Source of the DNA: Adineta vaga
Taxonomy: Eukaryota > Animalia > Rotifera
DNA: 64,000 nucleotides
Reading direction: 5' to 3'
Assembly (NCBI GenBank): GCA_021613535.1
Contig: CP075497.1
Location: 8,804,001 to 8,868,000, forward strand
Within the stretch, counting starts at the first letter, position 1. The number at the start of each line of letters is the position of its first letter. The position numbers and the translations under genes are program-made. Shown here in pieces: positions 22,535-36,033 of the stretch. Below the pieces are notes generated by a model that saw only the letters and a list, made by a program, of their open reading frames with translations, was not told the DNA's origin and did no database searches.

Positions 22535-25500
22535 TCTAGTTCTGAGAAAACACAGGAAAAAAAGAAGGAGACACAGATGAGATGAGGCAAATTTGCCTCT
22601 ATCCATACTACTGCGCTAACAAACTATTGATATTGCTATATTTGGATTCGTTAGTCGTGCATAAGTATCAAATGTCATTGTATGACAAGATGCGTGCTCA
22701 GAGCAAACATAGAATAAATAAGATGTAACAATTTTTTGAGGAAAACTCCCCATTGAGCTGCATGATCAAGTTGTATGTTTGCATGCTGAGAATCATATTT
22801 CTTTTTGAACATAAAGAAAAAGAATATATTCGCAATATTTTCAACCGTTATTATTTATTGGTAGAGTGTCTTTTTTTCTTTCTTTCCTGGTATAATGATA
22901 AAAATAAAATAAAAGTTAAGTAGTTTTTCTTTGATCTTTCTATTGATTAACTACAGTCATTTATGTCAACAAAAAACTTACTCTCCTACAAAAATATTGA
23001 TGTTTATCTTCTAATTATGTCTGTATTAGATTATTATTTTTGATAATTGTTAATTGATAGAGTACGTGGATATATATATATGATCATTAATCTTCTAAGA
23101 AGAATAGAAATGAAACTAATTTTATATTTCGATTTATTAACCGAGAAATTATCGAAATAAATCGAAAGGATAGTTCAGATGATGATTATCTTATCAATGT
23201 CATCATTTTAGTACTTCATTAAATTAAATCATTTTGATAAAAGAAAAAAGTTTTCTCTGTTGATAAATATCTGTCTATTGTATTTAACTTCACACTAATA
23301 AGAGGATCGGATAAAACTCCTACGGCTATGATAGCGTGTCTATTCTAATTTTGTATGAATGCATTTGCTAATAATCATAAGCTTGCCGAGAAAAAACAAC
23401 AACGTTCGTTAACAGCTGAATCAACATGCTGCAGATGTTAGACAATTCATTTGTTTTGATCCTTTAATATCAAATATATATATTGAAATTCTCCGAAGAA
23501 AACACTATTTTCAAAAGTATCAAATCATTGATCACTGGACTATAATAATTATTCAACTAGTTTTTGTTAATTTGTGCTTCATTGACTTTTTGTAGATGAG
23601 TTCTCAATTTACGAATAAATCGCTTGGTTGAACTTGTTTATCACATCTTTTGTTTTGTCAATGTGTCCTTTCTTTTATACGATAATAGAGTTAAGAAACA
23701 TCGACATCCGACATAATATGTAGTTTTTAATAGCAATTTTGTTCTTTCAATCTTGCTGCTTTGTTTTTATTTCTATGCTAAAGAAAATAGATATAGACAT
23801 TCGACATCTCACATTCCACAAATGTTAATTACATATCAAAACTGAATTAAGAAATCTTATTCATTTTGAACGATAAAACCTTAAGAAATTCTATTTTATC
23901 CGAGATAGATGTAAGAGTGTAACTATAATCAATATACACATTAGAAAACAGCTGCGTTTTCAAACATGTCAAAAGAATACATAAAAAAATACTGATTACC
24001 TTATCAACAGCAGCAAATATACTATTAATGGATCATTCAATTGCTATTATTGATGACAGTTTCAAAAAGATTTTCACAGTGAATACTTATATAAGAAGAG
24101 ATACCTACAGATGAGTGAAACGATGTTTTACTAATTGAAGAAATCTGAACGTTAAATGTTTCTATGATATATCAATAATATAGAAGACTATCATACTTAA
24201 AATATTGATATCTATCAATTTTTATCATATCTATTCAGTATAAACAATGCACATCATTTGTTTTTGACATAAACAAAAGTTCTAACTATGTGCGAAATCA
24301 TTCGACTTTAAAATCAAAGAAATATTTTATATTTATTTATCTACAATAATCGTCTGAATTCCATCATATATAATATAAATTTTCTCAATAAATGTCATCT
24401 ATATTTCCGTCAGGATAAAATGTTCTGTCGATAATATGGAAAACATAATCATTATTAATGCATTAATTTATAGGTCATTCTTCTAATGACAAAATGCCTC
24501 ATTTCATTTCCGATAGAAAAATACTTTTTCTGATAGATTTATCTTATAATAGATATTCATTTTAAATAGATTTCTATCAAATTTATTCTATTGTAAACCA
24601 AGTGATCATCGTGTGATTATAAACTTGTAAAGAATATCTATTAAATATAGTTTATTGACAAAATTGATTTCGATAATAAAAGTTTGCGTTTGAAAAATTA
24701 GCGATTTAAAAAGGAAATAATCAAGAAATTTAAGACTTGTGAATGAACAATGTTTGATTCGAACATATTCTCTTCTAGCATCCGATTTTTCTTCATCGAA
24801 ATGAACATCAAACAAAAGTTGCCATTCATGATATTCTGTATTATATAGAACAATGGATTATTTATTTGAAAACATGCCATCTACTTGAATCACGAAAATG
24901 ATTTCCTGATATTAAAATGAGTGAATGACATTCGACCAAAAAATATTAACGACAGACCATACATTATTAATACAATGACGATGAGATTTTGTTAACGAGT
25001 GAAATAGTGCTGTATTTTTCTTATCATCACTTAAAACGTACGTTGATTATAATGTCTTACAAATACTTCAGTACGATACATTATCAAAAAAGACTGAGTT
25101 TAAACTAGAAGGTTTTTATTATGCTATAATGATTGATGATTATTACATTCATCTATATATTCAGTTAAAGGAACACATTCTTTTTTCTGTAGTGAGCCGC
25201 ATTGTGACTAAATAATTAACATAACCTTTTCAAACGAGCGGAAGATCAGCGCATGACAAGTCAGCATTATATTCATATTTTTCAATATGAGACCTTTGAT
25301 AAAATCATGGCAATACAATAATAATATTTGTGAACATATTTGTCATAGGATCAACGTGTTCTTTTGCACACGTTTGACATTATTTTCGACAAACAATCTT
25401 GGTATTAAAATAAACAGAATGTCTTTGAATCGCATTTATTATTATTTTAAGTAGGACACAAAATTAAATGACAAATAAAACATGATCAAGTATCATACAA

Positions 25501-27564
25501 CATGGTAAGTACTGTTTTCATTAAAACTAAGAATAGTCTATGTGTAGGTATAGATATTACATCCCAATAATTTTTTTTGGTAAGTCGTAACTTCTGTTTT
25601 ACAAGAGTTTCATTTAAACTCAAATATTTGATAATTCCCAGGTCATCTCTAAGCATAAGAGTAGGCTGTTTAATTAGATTGATATGATAGAAATATTACT
25701 CTGAGAGTTCATTATTTTCTTGAATGTCATTACGTTCATCGCCATTTAAATAATGATAAGAATGGTTACTGACAATATGCCCTTGAAAGTTTTAGAAGTT
25801 AACTTGGTTTCGTTCAATCCATTCTAGAATCTTTATGACGGAAATTGTCATACTACGATCAATTGATTTGCTAACAGCATCAGACTAACAAACTGTCACA
25901 TCGGGTTTTTTTTTCTAAAGTAGTCGAATGTAATGATGTATAAAAACAATCAAGGACATTGTTTGCTCTAGAAGAAATCTAAATAGACAAGTTGTAGAAA
26001 AAAATAAATATTGTCTAAGAATAAAATAGCGACAATTAAAAATTATCGATGAAAATTTCCTATTCAATCATAAAATTATTATTGCACTGATTGTAGATGG
26101 TTCTTGTGAAGAAGAATTTATTTAGAGCAAAAGCACGTTCTGCAGATCATTCAAAGCTATACTAAATCCATTTATAGATATGTATACGATAACCTAACCT
26201 ACAAAATATAGTTGTAAAGTCCTTTATAACTAATTAGCTGTCATATTAGTTGTTTTCATTAGTAACCTTTCAATATGATAGCTATCGTGTTTGTTTCTTT
26301 GTATAAAAATATAATTTCAATTCTATCGCATGATTTTGTCTAAAAATCAAATGAGTAAGCATATAATTAATGAATTTTCTGCCAATGCAAACAAAAGATT
26401 TTATCGTAATTAAAATTATTGTTTTTCAAAGTTAACAATTAGATTCATTCATGTGAAGAATAAGATCTTAGATGGCAATCTTTCGCCTCCATAAATTACT
26501 CTGTAATATAGGATGTACTTGATTTGAAAGAAACTACAACGCCCTCTATGTTCATGTTGATCGGATTAGTTTATCGATCGACCATTACACCTGCATTATT
26601 TTATTTGCCTATCTTACAGAAAAGGGAATCAGTTGATCGAATGAGAATGATTATTCATTTTTGTCTTTTGTTATTATTGATAATGTTGATTGGATGCAGA
26701 CAAATTACTAATTTGTTGCATGATAGATGACGAACTAATCGAAATTTATTCTGTTGATGTTTTCTTTTTGTTCTCGAACGAAGTAACACAATCCGAATAG
26801 AATTGTAGTTATTCTTATTTTCTTTTTCTTCGAATAAATTAATATTTAACATCATTTGATTATTTTTCACGTTCCGAAAGAAAGACAAAGGAACAAGAAA
26901 TAGACCTCGTTTGTAAAGTCCTCTTGTTTTTCCCTTCTATATATTTATTCTTTCTACATAAACCAGATGATCTACCTAATCAAACTTGTAATCATGTAAA
27001 ATCGAAGAGAATATATATAGATTGATTTGGTGACGTAGGAGTATCAGAACGACGATGTCTAAATATCGTTGTATGTGTTACATTCGTCGTCGCAACATAA
27101 CAGAATCGGTCGATAGGTTGATTGCTTGTCTTCGACGGAGAAAAAGAGAAGAAGAAGAAGAAGAAGGGTGTTGAAGAGAATATGTAACAATTGTTCGTGT
27201 CCTTTTTTTTTTCTTTTTTTTTCTCTTCTTATTCTTGCAACATTCTTCTTCTTTCATCTATTTTCGTCAGACCTATGCTACGATACCATGGTAAAGTGCA
27301 TGATTGAAACAATTGAGGGATTTACAAGCACCTAATGACCTATACATTAGAAGCGAATATTTTTGAGAAAAGAAAATGCAGCTTTTTCAACACGAAATAA
27401 TGTTTTTTTTTCAGTAGAAATTGAAATCATGTTTCAACCTCGAAAATGTCATTGAATTCATCTCAAGACATACTTTATCGACATACTAACAAAAAATTCT
27501 TCACCTTGAATAAATGTCCCATTTTTTTTCTTTTAGATAATTTTAATGTTTCTTCGACATACTA

Positions 27565-30500
27565 ATGAATAATCAAGACGATCAATCATCTCATGGACCA
27601 ATAACATTAAGATTTACTGGTATCGATGATGAATCAATATCAGATGATGAAGAAAATGATATTACAACACAAACTTCCAACAATATTCGATTTACATGTA
27701 ATGGAGATACTCATCGTCTGACTGTTAATAACTCCTATGGTATGTCCTAGAGATTTCCTTCTTTTTTCTTATTAAAAAAGAACTCAATAACTTTATTTTT
27801 CCGTTTAGAAAATAATAATCATTGTCGTAATCAATTAACATCAATATTATATAAAACATATTTTGAATCACGTGAACGTCGTTGGATATTCATACCCAAT
27901 ACAGATGTCTTCGTTATTAATGTTGCCGTTAGTCGTGAACATCATTTTCGTTTGAATCCATTTTTGTAAGTAATCATTACAAGTACTCTATTCAGCAATT
28001 TCGCTTTATTTCTATTGATATAAAGCTGTCAGAGACAGCCAAGTTCTGAGGAACAGAATTGGCTTGATCGTTTGAATAGCAGGTAGTCAACATTGGGATA
28101 TTACGAAGAAAGCACTCACCACATAAAATGCTTCCTTTTAACGACTGATTTTGCTTTTATTTTATAATGATTATATAACTAGTTTTTTTCGTTTTGCTTT
28201 TTTTCTTACAATTGTTACTTTTATATTTCTAGGTATACTATTACCTTACGACATGGAGAGTTCAATTGGACAATAACAAAAAAATACAAGGATTTAGTTA
28301 TATTTTTTGAGCGTATGAATGTATTTCAAAAAACAGCTGCATTACCTATTCCGACCACATCGTAAGTTGAAAACTAACCATTACTTTATTGATATGTTTT
28401 CTGTTTATTCCCTAGACATCGTGAAATTCGTCGTCAGATGTCACATTCACAAGCTATTCAAGGTCTTACGTTAAAACCTGATGTGCTAGTTGATGATAAT
28501 GATATTAATGACCGAGAAGTATTTATCAGAGAAAAGCAAACAGTTCTTTTTAAAAAAATTTATTTTCTTCTAGAAACTTGTTGCTGAAAAATTGAACTCA
28601 ATTGTGAATCACCCTGTGCTTTCAACTCATATTGAATGTGTAAGTAATTCAGGTGCATTATTTCTATTTCCTTTTTTTGTCATCTTGATTTCTCTTCTTT
28701 AGATCAAATTTGTTGAATCATCTCCACTGTCATTTATTCGTGAATTAGGACGTAAATATAAAGAAGGTATTGTTAAAAAGAATTCGGGTGGTTATCGACA
28801 AGGTTGTTGTGCTAATCTTGGTGCACGTATTAAATGGCTTAAACGTTGGTTTATTACTAAAGATTCATGGATTGCTTATTTAAATCCGAAAACTGGACAT
28901 GTACGTGCAGTAATGCTTGTCGATAAATTCTTTCATGTACGTACTGGTCGTTTACATACTGGTTCGGTGAAAAAATTACATATTTCAAATTTATGTCGGT
29001 AAGTTGAAAGTGTTTCTCGAAAAAAGAAAATTGAATCATTATCGATATCTTCTTTTCAAGTCGACTGTATTTGAATTGTCCAACTGAACGTAAAGCAATT
29101 GAATATTTTGATGACATTAATCGTATGATAAAAACAACTGGACAAGATTTTCATATAGAACAAAGATTCGATGCATTTGCACCGATAAGAGTAAATACAA
29201 AATGTCAATGGCTTGTAGATGGGTCCGATTATATGGAAGCTGTTGCTTATGCTATTAAATCAGCAACAGAAGAAATTTTTATAACTGATTGGTTTCTTAG
29301 TCCAGAAATCTATTTGAAACGTCCAGCTCTATCTGATGAATGGCGTTTTGATAAAATGTTAGAAAAAAAAGCGGTATGAATACAAGCAAACATATCCTAT
29401 TCAAAGAATTACTTTTGATTTATTTTAGAATGAAGGTGTACGAATATTTGTTCTATTATATAAAGAAGTTGAATTAGCTATCGGTATTAATAGTTCCTAT
29501 TCAAAAAGAAAATTAATCGAAGCTCATCCAGAAAATGTCAAAGTTCTTCGATATCCTGATCATACAGGACAAAATGCTGTGTTATTTTGGGGACATCATG
29601 AAAAATTAGTAATTGTTGATCAAAGTATTGCCTTATTTGGAGGATTAGATTTATGTTATGGTCGTTGGGATAATTATCAACATTAGTAAATAGAATTATT
29701 GAGGATATGATTGATTTAATTGATTTATTTTTCTTATTTAGTTTAACTGATTTCGGAAGTGCATTACCGGTGAAACATCATACAAGTCAAAATGTACCTA
29801 GAACACATAGTGTTCCATTAGTAAGACAATGGATATTCTTTTTATTTTATTTTATTTTATTTTTTTGAGAAATAGAATATAGTTGAGTTTAAAGATAGAG
29901 AAAAAACATAAAAATAGTCTTTTTCTATTGTTGAATTATTTAAATTTCTTTGATTGAATGAAATAATTCTTTATAAATCTATCTAGATTCATCAAATAAT
30001 TCAATCACCAGTGTCTATTGATGCACTTGATCTTGATGGTGCCACATGTAATCGTTTTATTCAAGCGAATAATGATATTAAAACAACGACTGAACCAACT
30101 CCATCGCCATCTCCACGTCCAATTACGACTACAGATTTATTTTTTCCATCAAAAATTGCTCAATTTCGTAGTGAATATCACTTGAAAGATCGTTTAAAAG
30201 AACTTCCTACATCTGACTCAATGACACATAATGTTTATGATAATCCAACACCTCTCTCATCACATCGCTCTATATCAAAAGTACTTAGTGATCAAACGTT
30301 TGATACAGTCGACCGAGCAGTACCTCAAACACGACGTTTTTCGTCATCAGATATTGATCAGCAATCAGTTCAGTTAATAGAAATGCAAGAAAGACAATTA
30401 GTTGAACAACAGAAAAAACGTCGTATTTATAATTTTAATCATACACTTTTTTCAAATATCTACAAACGTACACATCGTTCATCTTCAACGGATTCACATA

Positions 30501-33153
30501 TTTTTGCAAATCCTACACAAAATCGTGAACGTCAGGCTCGTCGACGACATCAAAGTGTGAAAGATTCGGATACTAATGATACACATACAACATCCGACAA
30601 AGTCTATAGTCGAGCATTAGAAAAAAGTACAAATCTGTTAGAATCACAACAACCAGCGCCAAATTCACATCCTCATGCATATAGAGCAACACTTTCTGTT
30701 CCTGATGCTGAAAATCAACGAATATCAAGTGTTCCATCATCTCGTCAACGATTGTCTTCCAGTGGTACAACACTTGATTCACAAACAGAAAATAATCAAA
30801 CAAAATCAGGAAAACTAAATGTTGAATCTAATAATCGTCCAAAAAAACTTTCGTTTCTTACTGTACGTCGACGAGCAAGTTATTATCCAACTGAACCATC
30901 AAATGGTTTAGTAGATGATCAGAAAAAGAAACGAGATTTGATTTGGCCATTGAAAAGATCGTATTCATTTGATACACCATTTCATCGTGAAACTATCGAA
31001 GCATTAAATAAAGGTATGTAGAGAAAAACATGAGATCTAACAAAACGCCGATCATTCCTTTTTTCAATAAATCTAACCTATCACTAATTCATTTACAGAA
31101 CAAGATTTCTCATCAAACGAAATGTGTAAGTAGGAATGTTCCCTCTGTCTGTTCCTTTCACTTCATTTGTTTCTCTTCAACTTTCTCTGTGTTTATCATT
31201 TTCTTGAGTTCTGCACGATGTATGTCAACATATTCTATATCTCATTATTCACTTGATTTTCCTATCAATTTATTTCATTATAGACAGTGGATCTCGTTGG
31301 GAAAGATTAAAACTTGGTATTCAATCAAAAATTTATCGTTTTACTAAATCAACTGAAGATGTATCAACATTAGGTCTTACACCAATAGCTCCAATGAATT
31401 CTTCCGATGGTCAGCCAATATCATTTTCTAGTCGTTATCTTGGTGCTAATGGTGGTCCAGCTTCAGATCGTATTCGTTTACGCGATAAAATTCGTCGTGT
31501 TACATTAAATCTCAAAACAAGTTGGAGACAACGAAGCGAATTCAATGACTCTGATGAATCTGATATAAATCAAAATGATTCGTGTCATGATTCATTACAT
31601 GATGATATGAGTTCATTTGTTGGTCCATCTTCAAAATCGACAACGCATCAACTTGGTTTACAAGGTTCTTCGAAATTATGGTTTGGAAAAGATTATGCAA
31701 ATTTTCTTCTTCGAGATTTTCGTAATCTTCATCAACCATTTCAAGATCAAATTGATCGAAATACAACACCGCGTATGCCATGGCATGATATTGGTGGTAT
31801 GGTTTATGGTGCTTGTGCACGTGATTTAGCGAGACATTTTATTGAACGATGGAATTTTATTAAACGACAAAAAATGAAAGATGATGAACGTTATCCATTT
31901 CTCTTACCAAAATCATATGGAACATACACACCATGTCCGAAATTTCTTTCAAACACATCCAATTGTTCGACACAAGTATGCAAAGCATATTGATCACTTT
32001 TTTCTTTGTACTAAACTTTTGTTGTTTTATGTAATATAGGCATTACGAAGTGTAGGTCGATGGTCAACAGGTCGAAATGATACGGAAGAATCTATTCATC
32101 ATGCATTCATCGATATGATAACAAAAGCAAAACATTATATTTATATTGAAAATCAATTTTTTGTTTCTTTAATCGGTGATACTACTGTACGAAATGGTAT
32201 TGCTGAAGCTTTATTTAAACGAATTCTACGTGCACATAAGTAAATGACCTTTTTTTTTCATATGATATTTTTTTTTATTGACGACTCTTTGTAGAGACAA
32301 AGAAACATTTCGAGTATATGTTGTAATGCCATTAATTCCTGGATTTGAAGGTCAATATGGTACATCAAAAGCGACTGCATTACAAGCGATTACTCATTGG
32401 AATTATCGATCAATTTCCCAAGGTCAACAATCATTATTAGCTCGTTTAGCGAAAGAAGTTGGTGATCCACATCGTTACATCTGTTTCTTTGGTTTACGAA
32501 CATGGTCAGAAATGAATGGACGTCTTGTATCAGAAATTGTTTATGTTCATAGCAAATTAGTAATTGTTGATGATAATCGTGTATTAATTGGATCAGCAAA
32601 TATTAATGATCGAAGTTTAGTAGGTGATCGAGATTCTGAAATCTCCGTTATATTTGAAGATACTGAATTTGTACGTGGAACGATGAATGGAATCAATGTT
32701 CAAGTAGGAAAATTTGCTAGTGGTTTACGTAAACGATTATTTCGTGAACATTTGGGTGATTTTGATGGTACACAAATCAATTATCAAGATCCAATTTCTG
32801 ATTCATTCTATAAAGATACTTGGTTATCAACAGCAGCTAGAAATACAACTATGTTTGAAAAGGTTCTTTGTTTTTTATCGATATATTTTATTCTCTAATT
32901 ATGATTATCATTTTCTTTATATTTAAAGATATTTAATTGTATACCAACAGATTCAGCATTTACTTTCACACAATTACGTGAAATTCAATCGGCTTCGAAA
33001 CTCTGTGAGACAAATCCGGAAGAAGCACGACGTTTACTTCAATCAATTCGTGGTTATTTAGTTCTAATACCACATAAATTTCTTTTCAAAGAATATCTTG
33101 GACCACGATTACCAGCTAAAGAAATTTTAGCACCAGCTTGGTTTTGGACATAA
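27565..33153 (+). CDS. PLD: Phospholipase D1/2-like (PX-PH-HKD-loop-HKD), multi-exon
   Basis: [13 protein letters not shown] (PX), KRWFITKDS (PH), [28 protein letters not shown] and [12 protein letters not shown] motifs, [16 protein letters not shown]; C-terminal PAWFWT*. Confidence 0.95.
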
Positions 33154-34321
33154 ATGTTCCAAGCATTTATATATATATTTATATATAGACTATTTTTCAT
33201 AAATATTCTCTTGTCAATTGTAGATTATTATTGATCTAAATGCAATACTGAGCAATTCTTCTTCTTGTCTTCTTCCTTTTTTTTTTTATTTAAACAGTAT
33301 GTTTCCGAGCAGACGTTTGTGAGAAGAAAACACTATTGACCGAAAGAAATAGAGTTCCGTCCATGTTTATTTTTGTCGCCAATCTCCATCATTCATTCAA
33401 TACTGCATAACAAAAATTTAAATCTTCACTAAATGTTCTTCTTTTTTTTTCATGTGATAATTTTTTTGTGCGATTTAGTATTTTGACATGTCTATATTTA
33501 TATGGAATTTCATTCGCTATTTGTTAACAATTAGTTATCTAGAACTTTTTTTTTCTTCTTCAGCACTTATTATGTATACATAACACATTCCTGAATTGTC
33601 GTTGATGATTCTTGAAATGGTTCTTTTCTTCTTGAAAGTTTTTCTTCTTTTTATGTCATTTATAAACGATATATGGCGATAATAAAAGAACTAATACGGA
33701 CAAATATGAAATATCAATAAAATTTATCTTTTCTTTTACATAAGATTAGTTTTAATAGAAATGAATATCGATCAAAGTTCATTTCTATGATGTGAGAAAA
33801 TGAGATTGATTAATATCCTGAGAATCATTTCATCTGCATCAATGTCGAAGTTTCGAGAAGAAAAAACATCTGTTTTTGTCGATGGACTACTGATATTTAA
33901 AAAAGATAAAGTTTAAATATGATGTAGTCGTTTTCTATTAATCAAACTATAATACGTAATAATTCTTTTTTCTAGAACAATGTTTTTTGTTAACAAAGAT
34001 CAAAACTTTAATCATGAATATTCAATAGTGTTTTTCCCATGTCGATAATATATACTTAATAATATCACTCTCGAGTTTTCCTTTTGTTATTAATCAAAGA
34101 TGAATAGCAAAAAAACAACGATTTCTCAAGAGATTATTTTTTCCTTTGATATAATTTTAATTTTTTATTAAATCTTATTAGCATTGCACGCAATTAGATA
34201 ACCGAACAAAAAGTATATTTAAATTTAACCTCTCGTTGACATTTTACATTTTATTTTATAATCTTATCTTTTTCTTTTTCTTTACTATTGAATATTCATC
34301 ATTTTAGATATTATCGGTATC

Positions 34322-35283
34322 ATGTATACATCGCTTATACTTTCAACCATTCTTCTTTCATGTATTCATGGCGGTTTAACCATCGATTGTCCAAAATCAT
34401 CTACAAAATGGTGTGATAATAAAGATATTGCTCAAGCTTGTGGTGTATGCTTCTGTTGTTGTGATTATTTGAAATAAGTAGTTGATTTATAATTCTAGGT
34501 CGTTGATCAATGCACAAAATATGTCTGGAACATTCGTGATGTTAATGATCGTGTTAATTTAACTATTTATTATGAAACTCTTTGTCCAGATTGTCGACAA
34601 TTTATCTCAACACAAGTATGGAATGCTTATCAATCAATTCTTAGTATTGTTAATATTAGTTTCGTTCCATATGGTAATGCACGTGAAGTATATCGACCCG
34701 AAACTCAATTATATCAATTCTATTGTCAACATGGTTCCGATGAATGTTATGGAAATTTAATTCATGTAAATAAATAAATATAAGAGAAAATTTCATTTGT
34801 AATTGTCAATCATGTTTTAGACTTGTGTTATCAATCTCTATCCAAATACAACAGCACATTTAGTAAGATTGTTCTTTCAACTGAAAATAAATAATTCATT
34901 TATTTTCAAAACTGTTTAGCCATTTATTTATTGTACCGAATCAACCGACGGTGATGTAGAAACAGTAGCTGGTCAATGTGCTGAAAAGACTTCAATTGAT
35001 TATAGTAAAGTTAGTTCATGTACTCAAAGCCGATCAGGTAATCAGTTACAACATGTTTATGCTGCACAAACAGAAGGTCTTCAACCACCACATCAATACG
35101 TACCTTGGGTAACAATCAATGGTCAACATACCGAAGAAATGGAACAAGAAGCCGAAAAAGATCTTATTGGTCTTATTTGTAAAACATACAAAGTAAATAA
35201 TCTATAGAAATTTTGAACGATGAAAATATCTTTTCGTTGTATAGGGTTCAAATCCACCTGCTCAATGTAAGAAAAATCTGTGA
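34322..35283 (+). CDS. IFI30: GILT-like lysosomal thiol reductase with N-terminal saposin-A-type module, multi-exon
   Basis: Signal peptide; CPKSSTKWCDNKDIAQACGVVDQC (SapA-like); YYETLCPDC active site; FYCQHGSDECYGN signature; YVPWVTING. Confidence 0.92.
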
Positions 35284-35461
35284 ACAGTTGATATAAGTTT
35301 ATTTTTTTATAACGTTGCAAAAGTCTTTCGTAATTGTTTTTCTTTGATTTTATTGGATTAAACCAGCATTATTGAAATTTTGTTATTAATTGAAATAAAA
35401 TCTTAACTTTCTTATTTCTTGTCTTTTTTTTAAAAACACTTAGCAACAGTATGAGAAATAA

Positions 35462-35794
35462 ATGAGTACATTTCATTATTTATCGCGACGAAAACGAAGA
35501 GATTTTCGTTCAAATCACTTGATTAGAGAACAAGAAAATCATATTCATTCCACTGGTGATGCATCATTCGTTTCTAATCTTCTTGTTCAACCACTATCTG
35601 TGATTCATTATGATGATTATCTCTATTTAATCTATCTTTTTTTACTAATGATTTTTTATACTTGTTATATAACAATGATTCTTCAAGATAAAATCAATCT
35701 ATTTGATGATAATGAACAATATTATTATTTTGATAATTATGAACGTCAAATACCACGTTTGTTATGGTTTAGAAAAGGACATAATTTCTGTTGA
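35462..35794 (+). CDS. Hypothetical 110-aa protein with one predicted TM helix
   Basis: Uninterrupted ORF in very AT-rich DNA, coding-like codon use, hydrophobic stretch LYLIYLFLLMIFYTCYITMIL. Confidence 0.45.
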   Translation: MSTFHYLSRRKRRDFRSNHLIREQENHIHSTGDASFVSNLLVQPLSVIHYDDYLYLIYLFLLMIFYTCYITMILQDKINLFDDNEQYYYFDNYERQIPRLLWFRKGHNFC

Positions 35795-36033
35795 CCTTTC
35801 AATCTAGTCTCATAGCTAAATAAGTTGTTTATATCAGTACGAGCAAGAGAAAAGGAAGAACGAAAGGAAATAAAATATACACGAAATAACGAGCAAGGAG
35901 TGCTGGGATTTTTTTCGTATCTTATGTGTACAACGATTATTGAGTCACGTTACAAATGATCCATACATATATATATATATATATACATTGCTTTACTTTT
36001 TGATTGTGAAATATTCATGTTTTCTTTTTCAGA

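Noticed and set aside
22104-22580. Five overlapping ORFs on both strands
   Set aside because: Produced by GA-rich, (GAT)n and (AT)n low-complexity sequence; more likely 5'UTR/promoter of the quiver-like gene.
22600-27400. Long gene-free region with small ORFs (24606-24880, 26524-26888, 27126-27335)
   Set aside because: No motifs, exon chains or repeats detected; consistent with regulatory DNA between divergent genes.
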